Source of the DNA: Macrostomum lignano
Lineage: Eukaryota
Reading direction: 5' to 3'
Length of the DNA: 64,000 nt
NCBI GenBank assembly: GCA_002269645.1
Contig: NIVC01003601.1
Location: 24,606 to 88,605, forward strand
Shown: positions 38,301 to 47,700 of the stretch, piece by piece
How positions within the stretch are numbered: position 1 is the first letter of the stretch
Layout of the letters: each line of letters starts with the position of its first letter
Translations under genes and position numbers: made by a program
Notes under the pieces: generated by a model
The model's database searches: none
What the model was told of the DNA's origin: nothing
The model's input: only the letters and a program-made list of their open reading frames with translations

Positions 38301-39640
38301 GGCCCTGGCTTCCCTCCCTTGACCCTGGCTTCTCTCCTCCCCTGATCGTGGCTTCTCTCCCCTGACCCTGGCTTCTCTCCCCTGACCCTGGCTTCTCTCC
38401 CCTGACCCTGGCTTCCCTCCTTCCTAATCCTTGGCTTTACTCCTAACCCTTGGCTTTTCTCCCCTGACCCTGGCTTCCCTCCCCTGACCCTGGCTTCCCT
38501 CCCCTGATCCTAGCTTCTTTCCTCCCCTGACCCTGGCTTCTTTCCTCCCACTGACCCTGGCTTCTCTCCTCCCCTGACCCTGGCTTCTTTCCTCCCCTGA
38601 CCCTGGCTTCTCTCCTCCCCTGACCCTGGCTTCCTTCCCCTGACCCTGGCTTCTCTCCACTTTGCCCTGGCTTCTCTCCCCCTTACCCTAGCTTCCCTCC
38701 CCTGATCCTGGCTTCCCTCCCCTGACCCTGGCTTCCCTCCCTTGAACCTGGCTTCTCTCCTCCCCTAACCCTGGCTTTTCTCCCCTGACCCTGGCTTCTC
38801 TCCCCTGACCCTGGCTTCTCTCCGCCTGGCCTGGCTTTTCTCCTTATTGACCCTTGGCTTCTCTCCCCGTGACCCTGGCTTCCCTGCCCTGACCCTGGCT
38901 TCCCTACCCTGACCCTGGCTTCCTTCCCCTGACCCTAGCTTCCCTCCCCTGACCCTGGCTTCCTTCCCCTGACCCTGGCTTCTCTCCACTTGTCCCTGGC
39001 TTCGCTCCCCTGGCCCTGTCTTCCCTCCCCTGACCCTGGCTTCCGTCCCTTGACCCTGGATTCTCTCCCCTGACCCTAGCTTCCCTCCCCTGACCCTGGC
39101 TTCCTTCCCCTGACCCTGGCTTCTCTCCCCTGACCCTGGCTTCCTTCCCCTGACCCTGGCTTCCCTCCCCTGACCCTGGCTTCTCTCCTCCCCTGACCCA
39201 TGCCTCCCTCTCTCCTGAACCCTGGATTCCCTCACTCCTGACCCTTGTTTCTCTCTCTCCTGACCCATGGCTTCCTCTACTGACCCATGGCTTCCTCTAC
39301 TGACCCATGGCTTCCCTCACTCTTGACCAGTGGCTCTGCCTCCTTGCTCTTTCCCCCTGCTCTGCCTCCTGGTTTCTGCCTTCTGCTCTGTCCGCACGGC
39401 TTTGCTTCCTGCTCTGCACTCTCTGCTATCTGCTCTACCCTGCTTCTCCGCCCTCTGCTAAAGTAGTCTCGTAAAAGTACCAAGCAGCACAGCTTATTGA
39501 AAGCACATTCTTCCTTCAGAAAAAGCTACCGGTGAAGCCCTGCTGCTGTCGCATTGGCACCTTTGCTTTGGTCTCCGCCTCGAACAACGCTGCTGCGGCC
39601 GGGACTGCCGCTGGTTCTGCTCGAACAGCCGCCTCGAACG
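35378..39640 (-). repeat. Left inverted arm (unique AT-rich outer ~790 bp, ~20-bp CCCCTGACCCTGGCTTC(C/T)CT array at 36150-39310, inner unique block)
   Basis: Direct reverse-complement match to 44790-50143. Confidence 0.9.
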
Positions 39641-39997
39641 CTACAGTCGGTGCAAAGCGTACCATAACCTTCAGCAATGCGGTGATCGTATCAAAGTTAG
39701 CTCAGAATGGAACGGTCGTTGAAAGGATTTTGTCTTGAGCTGTCAGCAAATGGAAATTCGTTTCATTGACAGTTCATGTTAGCTTTATTTACAGTCAATT
39801 TTTTTAACTTTGTTTATCTGTACCTTTTACCCTTGCTCTACTTTTATCCATAACTTGTTAGTTTCTTGCTCATGTACTCTATGCATGCACATATACACGC
39901 ATTAGTACTTCCGATCACCGTTAGTGAGGTTTCACAAGTCACCAAAACACAAAAGCCATGCATTGACAAGCCATATCTAATTTTTGCAGAGGCGAGG

Positions 39998-40125
39998 AGA
40001 GCGGGAAGGTGGCGGGAGCTGAGAACGGGAAGGTGGCGGGAGCTGAGAGCGGGAAGGTGGCGGGAGCTGAGAGCGGGAAGGTGGCGGGAGCTGAGAGCGG
40101 GAAGGTGGCGGGAGCTGAGAGCTGA
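39998..40125. repeat. 24-bp minisatellite GAGCGGGAAGGTGGCGGGAGCTGA
   Basis: ~5 copies. Confidence 0.92.
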
Positions 40126-40502
40126 GAGGTTTGACCAAAGGACTGTCGTCGCGCTCTAACAGTGTGGCTGAACTGACCACTTGTACCTTCTGCATATTTT
40201 ATATTTTGGTCAAAAAATCATAAGTTGACTTGTAGGTGTTCACGTCGTGGTACGTTCGTTTTTGCGGCTGTTGCTAAGTCTTGTGGAATTGTTAAATCGA
40301 ATTGTCCGTGTTCTTTTCTCGTTTTTTATTATACTCATTTAGTGTACCTGAATTGTGCCATTTTTTAAAAAAGAACGACAAAGAGAAAATGCTAGTAGCT
40401 GACAATGGAATGTGCGATAAGCGAGAAAAAAATAAAGGATATGTTGTACGAAAATTGAAAAATAATTGTTCTTTTTTGTTTGCAATAAAAAAGCCAATAA
40501 AA

Positions 40503-40931
40503 GGAAGAGAAGTTGAAGTGGATGAGTTCAATTTTTTTCATCGCAAATACCACCAGGGAGCTTACCGCGAGGGCCACTGGGTGCTTGGGATGGTCGAGCA
40601 AGGTACACGCAAATGCATGATGGTACAAGTACCCAACCGGTCTGCTGAGTCAGATTATTCAGCAGTGTGTTGCCTGGGACACGCATTTTAACTGACGGCT
40701 GGCAGGTATATAGTGCGCTTCCCCAGGTGTTTGTCAATCACCGTCTGCATTTCGTTGATCCGAACGATCCAACTGTGCCCACAAACAACATCGAAGGCAC
40801 CTGGGCACTCGTGAAGGCGAAGTTTTGCAGCCAGCATGGCGCTAGTGACGACCTTTTTTGAGTCTCATCTTAGCGAGTTTCTCTGGCGCCAACTCTAGCC
40901 AGAGAAGTGCTTTGGGAACTTCCTGTACTAG
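40503..40931 (+). pseudogene. Decayed Merlin / ISXO2-like (IS1595 family) DDE transposase fragment
   Basis: EVEVDE..FHRKYHQGAYREGHWVLGMVE...MMVQVPNRSAE / IIQQCVLPGTRILTDGWQVYSAL...VNHRLHFVDP...TNNIEGTWALVK...ESHLSEFLWR. All three catalytic positions (D, D, E) are recognisable. Frameshifts at ~40650 and ~40857, stop at 40896. Confidence 0.85.
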
Positions 40932-42160
40932 GGGAATATAGCTGTTTTTAAGCTTTTTTTAAGACCTTAAGTATGCTCTAATAAACTTGTTTTAGTTCGT
41001 TTGTTAAAAAAACTAGGACATGCTGAAAAGCCTTATTGATGAAAGCGCCACATACAATTACGTATGTACCCTTGTACATGTACGAGTTACTGTCGATTTC
41101 TAACAATTATATAATGTACCTGCATTGAGTAATGTGGTGTGGTGGGTGTTGAGTGAGATGGTGTGGTGTACAATAGGATACATTCTAGAAAATGGTATAA
41201 ATCGATATACATGCACTATACACTGTAGCTCGTCGATATATTGGATCGAGTTCATGTATTTCGGGTTGTTATTAAAGGGATAGAATTTTGAGATTATTAT
41301 CGATAGTAAATTGCGTTACTCGTACAGTACTTCATCAAGCATAGCGCTATGCAACTCATTAAAAGATGAGGTTAGGTGTTAGTGTGTTCTGTGTAGGTGC
41401 CAATGTTGGGGCGTAGCGAGGAGGGGTCATTAGCACTTGGGACTGGGAGGCACCAATAAAGTACGGAAGCGATTCTGAATGGCTTCAATGGAATTTCTTA
41501 TATTAATCGTACATGTAGAAGTACACGGAAGACAGAACGGACGTCCGCATGCGACTCCTGCCGTTCCCTGAATTTAGTACGTGCACCTCTGGACTGTTTA
41601 GAAATTTGGTTAAGAATCTTCTTTAAAATAAGAATCACAGCTTCATGCACATGTGCTACGAGTAATTGCTTTCCAGGACGTGAACTCCGACTATACATGT
41701 AAGTGCAAAATGTATTGACATACAATAGAATATACCCGAACACAGTTTCTACCTACAATAAGGCGCATACATGTACATGGCCATGTTTATCATGCCATAT
41801 TGGTAACATTATTTATGACTTGTGGAACTCACAAACTGTGATCTACACATGTATCATATACGTACATCCCATACATGTACATCATATATACAGTTACATG
41901 AGCTAGAAATTACATGTAACAGAATAATAGCAAAGTGACTTGACCATACGTACGTACGAAGTACAAGCGATTACACATTGATTCCAGTGAAGACTCCCTA
42001 GAACTCGCTCTCTATAGTATGCATCCTGCTGTAATTTAGCTGACTCTCGGCTGTTGATAGTGTATAATGCTTGATTAGTGGTCAAGCTCCCCTGAACAAA
42101 ACTAGCGGCTGATCCGGGTTTTTTATAGGTACACGCCAAACGGCATAGCCGCCACGTACC

Positions 42161-42478
42161 AGAACAACAACAACAGAATACGCAGTTAGCGTCACACGGC
42201 GCGCCTCAAGGCCAGGTCGCGAATGAACGCCACGCCGCCGGCTCCGGGGCGCCAGCATCAGCCAGCAGGCAGCTAGTCGAGTCGAAACGCCGAGTGCGCG
42301 CCTGTCCCCGCCGGTAGGGCCGGTGCCTGCAGCGTCAGCAGCAGCACCTCCTGCACCGGCTTTGGCCAGTACGATTCGGCGCGGATGATGTGGCCTGCCA
42401 GCTGGAGTCGCCGACGGCGCAACAGTTTGCTTGGACGGACCAGGCCGGCGCGGTGATACACGCCAGCCCACTCGTTGA
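42161..42478 (-). mobile_element. 5'-truncated non-LTR retrotransposon (RTE-like) 3' end with (TTG)n tail
   Basis: Minus strand LLRRRRLQLAGHIIR...VQEVLLL..QAP / YRRGQARTRR...AFIRDLALRRAV-stop is a typical RT C-terminal RLxxAGHxxR block, followed directly by (GTT)4. Confidence 0.7.
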
Positions 42479-44789
42479 ATTCTTACCATAGGTCGCCTTC
42501 GCCTCGCCTTATTTCCTCACGTACCATGCAGGCACCTGCGATAAGTTCACCCGGGGTTCATCAGGATTGCTTGGTACCGGAGGTCAAGGACAGGTCACGG
42601 CCTTCAATGTCACACATCACACGCTCACGTGATCGCGTGTATCAGAGAATTATAAAAAGGAACCCGTTTTTGAACGCGTGTTGCTTTGTTTTATTATTGT
42701 TTGTTTTCCCGCGAGGCCGAACCACCGGTCCCCGCCGGGAACCCCTTCATTTTCTATAGAGTCGCCCACCAACTAAAGATCCCCCTTATGCAAAAGTCTT
42801 CCTCATTTCCAGCACTGATTACAAGTAAACCGTCCCTTGTATGCCTCCTCGCATAGAGTCCATTAGAGTGTTACATGTACATGTACGTGCCATTTCTAGT
42901 AGTGTGGAGTTTTTCGGGTGTACTCCTGCACAGGTGACTGCAGAGGCGGCCACGCCCTTCGGCAAACAAACAAAAACCCGGGCCCGCGCTGTCGAGATAA
43001 TTGAAACTTGACCGCAACGTCAGCTACAAAACAGCATCCAGAGGTGGAAAAGTGCTCGTGAGGCATGCATGGCGGCTGGTAATTTTCAGCGCTAGAGCCC
43101 GGAGGTTTACACAGATATTCTCAGGCAGCCCCCGGGTTTCGTCACATGACTTGGATCGAGCGGAAAAACTTAATTTGTAGTTCGCTCCTGGCAGCGCGAA
43201 CAGGTTGGTAGGCGGCTGAAGCAGCATCGGCAGCTGGTGCACCGCGCATCGGCTGTTTTGACAGCTCCCCAGACTAGCAGTCCGACTGAATCAGTAGACT
43301 GCTGCGAGCCCCCCCTTTTTTGCCGCTTCCCCTGCGTTGCTGAAGCCCAATTCGACCCTACATGTATGAATATGCGTAAATTTTTAATCCACAATAAGTG
43401 AGTCTTCCTTGCTAGACCCCTGCCTCAGGTTTGCTCCATGCAACCACTATAGCCGGAATACCCATGGCCCACCAGGGTGAGCGCTCATCAGAATCGCATG
43501 AAGATTTCTCTCTTGAGCACTTTTACCAAGACACCATTAACAGACATTTCATAGTCTATATTCAGGAGCACCAAGCTTGCAACCAAGACCTTATATAACA
43601 ATGGTTGTCAAAGGGCACAGTGCATATTCTAGCATGCGGGGACTATTCAACTTCATCGAATGTGAGAAGCAGAACTCTCACTCCAGAGTACTCTGAGGGC
43701 TTCTCAGAAGCAGGAGCACCCACTCCCTCCTTCATGACGCCGCCTGGACTGCAGACCCCTCAAAAAGCGTACGTCACCGCTCAGCACAAAACTGAATGCC
43801 CATGCAGCAAATGTGCACCGCTGACGATCGAGCGCACTTTTGTTCACTTCAGCGCCCTACACCAAGGCAGCGTCCTTTCTTGCCAGTGCAGGAACTCTCG
43901 GCAGCTTGCTGGGAGCATTCGAAACATGCTTAAGCTGCACCACTAAGAGCGAACTAAAATGTGAGTTCACTGAGAAAAATTTACTTCTGGAGTGTAAAGC
44001 TAAATCAACAAAATTTTGCGGAGCGCATGCTATTTAAGAAATACTCCAGAAACACAAAACCAAGTATTCGACAAAATTATATGACCAACTAAAATCGGAA
44101 AGCTCCTGGTCATAACTGTATGTAACATGAGAGTTTATATCTGTATTTTTCGCATGTGTCTTTATGAAGAGCAGTAGTTTAAAAAATCAACTGGCGGTAA
44201 CAACAAAAAACACCTGTCAGTTCCTTGTAGATATATAAGAACCTGTAAAAACAACAGGATTTCGACAGTATAAGGGGTTGGTCATTGTTGGTCCACAATG
44301 GTACAGCCGAAATTATTTTGGATTATTTGCTTAAACTGAAAGCCTGACACTGAAGTCTGGTGGCACTTGCTCCGAGCTTTGTGATCAAGGATTGAATTAA
44401 AATGGCACACGTTGAACACCATACCCTGTCACAGAGCAGTATCGTCTCGAAAAAATGTTTCCCAGAAATCACAGCAAAAATATATGATGCTCCGATGTTA
44501 CAAACTGCATTGATTCGAAAAATGCTTTTACAAATGGAAAATCCACCCATAAACAACCTAAAAACACGACACCAAAAACGTCGAGTGTGGCTCCCATTGC
44601 ACAGGGAGTAATGCGAGTAGCAATATTGGAAAAGGGCGTTGACAAATGGGTGCTTTTGTTAAGCTTTACAAGATCTGAACATGTATTAACAGAATTCGGT
44701 GATCTAAATGTTAAAAAAATTGTCGACATATATTAAAGAATTAAAAAATAGCTTTGGCGGAGCCAGCTTCAGTTTCGGCTGCAGCAGCG

Positions 44790-47700
44790 ATGTTTGAGGC
44801 GGCTGCTTAAGCGGAACCAGCGGCAGACCCGGCCGTAACGGTTGCACCAGATGTCAGCGTATCAGAACTCATAGTGGCGGTACGTACAAACTAATTTCAG
44901 CTCAGTGTGCACATATAGTTAGAGAGCTCGCGCTTGGATAGCTTTTGCGGGTGAACAGCTGCTTGTTTGTTGCTAGGCCAATCGCACCAGAGGCAAAAGC
45001 AAAGGTGCCAATGGGACAGCAGCTGGGCTTCACCGGTAGCTTTTTCTGAAGGAAGAATGTGCTTTCAATAAGCTGTGATGCTTGGTACTAATACGAGACT
45101 ACTTTAGCAGAGGGCGGAGAAGCAGGGTAGAGCAGACAGCAGGGAGCAAAGCAGCGGGGGCAGAGCAGGGGGCAGAAAACCAGAGGACAGAAGAGCAGGG
45201 GGCAAAAGAGCAAGGTAGAGCAGACAGCAGACGTCAGAGCAAGAGGGCAGAGCAGGGCAGAAGTTACGGGTCAGGAGGGGTCAGGAGAGAAGCAGCCATG
45301 GGTCAAGAGGGAAGGAAACGGGTCAGGAGGGAGGAAGCCATGGGTCAGGAGGGAGGGAAGTTACGGTCAGGAGGATGGGAATCCAGGGGTCAGGAGGGAG
45401 GGAAGCTGTGGGCCAGGAGGGAGGGAAGCCAGGGCCAGGAGAGAGGGACGCCAGTGTCAGGGGAACAGGGGAAGGAAGCGAGAGTCAGGGGAGGAGAGAA
45501 GACAGGGTCAAGGGAGGGAAGCCAAGGTCAGGGGGAGAGAAGCCAAGGTCAGGGGGAGAAAAGCCAGGGTCAGGGGAGAGAAGCCAGGGTCAGGGGAGAG
45601 AAGCCAGGGTCAGGGGGAGAGAAGCCAGGGTCAAGGGAGGGAAGCCAGGGTCAGGGGAGGGAAGCCAGGGTCAGGGGAGGGAAGCCAGGGTCAAAGGAGG
45701 GAAGCCACGGTCAGGGGAGGGAAGCCAGGGTCAGGGGAGGGAAGCCAGGGTCAGGGGAGGGAAGCCAAGGGTTAGGAGTAAAGCCAAGGATTAGGAAGGA
45801 GGGAAGCCAGGGTCAGGGGGAGAGAAGCCAGGGTCAGGGCAGGGAAGCTAGGGTCACGGGAGAGAATTCAAGGGTCAATAAGGAGAAAAGCCAGGCCAGG
45901 CAGAGAGAAGCCAGGGTCAGGGGAGAGAAGCCAGGGTCAGGGGAGGAGAGAAGCCAGGGTCAGGGGAGGAGAGAAGCTAGGATCAGGGAAGGGAAGCCAG
46001 GATCAGGGAAGGGAAGCCAGGGTCAGGCGGAGAGAAGCCAGGGTCAGGGGAGAGAAGCCAGGGTCAGGGGAGGAGAGAAGCCAGGGTCAAGGGAGGGAAG
46101 CCAGGGTCAGGGTAGGGAAGCCAGGGTCAGGGCAGGGAAGCCAGGGTCAGGGGGAGAGAAGCCAGGGTCAGGGGAAGGAATCCAGGGTCAGGGGAGAGAT
46201 GCCAGGGTCAGGGGAAGGAAGCCAGGGTCAGGGCAGGGAAGCCAGGGTCAGGGGGAGAGAAGCCAGGGTCAGGGGAAGGAAGCCAGGGTCAGGGGAGAGA
46301 AGCCAGAGTCAGGGGGAGGAAGCCAGGGTCACGGGGAGAGAAGCCAGGGGTCAATAAGGAGAAAAGCCAGGCCAGGCAGAGAGAAGCCAGGGTCAGGGGA
46401 GAGAAGCCAGGGTCAGGGGACAGAAGCCACGATCAGGGGAGGAGAGAAGCCAGGGTCAAGGGAGGGAAGCCAGGGTCAGGGGAGGGAAGCCAGGGTCAGG
46501 GGAGAAAAGCCAAGGGTTAGGAGTAAAGCCAAGGATTAGGAAAGAGGGAAGCCAGGGTCAGGGGGAGAGAAGCCAAGGTCAGGGGAAGGAAGCCAGGGTA
46601 AGGGCAGGGAAGCCAAGGTCAGGGGGAGAGAAGCCAGAGGTCAATAAGGAGAAAAGCCAGGCCAGGCAGAGAGAAGCCAGGGTCAGGGGAGAGAAGCCAT
46701 GGTCAGGGGACAGAAGCCACGATCAGGGGAGGAGAGAAGCCAGGGTCAAGGGAGGGAAGCCAGGGCCAAGTGGAGAGAAGCCAGTATCGGGGGAGAGAAG
46801 CCAGGGTCAGGGGAAGGAAGCCAGGGTCAGAGTAGGGAAGCCAGGGTCAGGGCAGGGAAGCCAGGGTCAGGGGGAGAGAAGCCAGGGTCAGGGGAGGAGA
46901 GAAGCCAGAGTCAGGGGAGAGATGCCAGGGTCAGAGGATGGAAGCCAGGGTCAGGGGAGAGATGCCAGGGTCAGGGGGAGAGAAGCCAGGGTCAGGGGAA
47001 GGAAGCCAGGGTCAGGGGGAGAGAAGCCAGGGTCAGGGGGAAAGCCAGGGTTACGGGGAGAGAAGCCAGGGGTCAATAAGGAGAAAAGCCAGGCCAGGCA
47101 GAGAGAAGCCAGGGTCAGGGGAAGGAAGCCAGGGTCAGGGGAGGAGAGAAGCCAGGGTCAGGGGAGGAAAGAAGCCAGGGTCAGGGGAGGAAAGAAGCCA
47201 GGGTCAGGGGAGGAAAGAAGCCAGGATCAGGGAAGGGAAGCCAGGATCAGGGGAGGGAAGCCAGGGTCAGGGGAGGGAAGCCAGGGTCAGGGGAGAAAAA
47301 CCAAGGTTTAGGAGTAAAGCCAAGGATTAGGAAGGAGGGAAGCCAGGGTCAGGGCAGGGAAGCCAAGGTCAGGGGGAGAGAAGCCAGAGGTCAATAAGGA
47401 GAAAAGCCAGGCCAGGCAGAGAGAAGCCAGGGTCAGGGGAGAGAAGGCAGGGTCAGGGGAGAGAAGCCACGATCAGGGGAGGAGAGAAGCCAGGGTCAAG
47501 GGAGGGAAGCCAGGGCCAAGTGGAGAGAAGCCAGTATCGGGGGAGAGAAGCCAGGGTCAGGGGAAGGAAGCCAGGGTCAGGGCAGGGAAGCCAGGGTCAC
47601 GGGGAGAGAATTCAAGGGTCAATAAGGAGAAAAGCCAGGCCAGGCAGAGAGAAGCCAGGGTCAAGGGAGGGAAGCCAGGGTCAGGGGAGGTAAGCCAGGG

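Noticed and set aside
44400-44740. Possible hAT dimerisation-domain remnant (…DLNVKKIVDIY)
   Set aside because: Only a few residues resemble the motif, and the diagnostic ERxFS block is absent.
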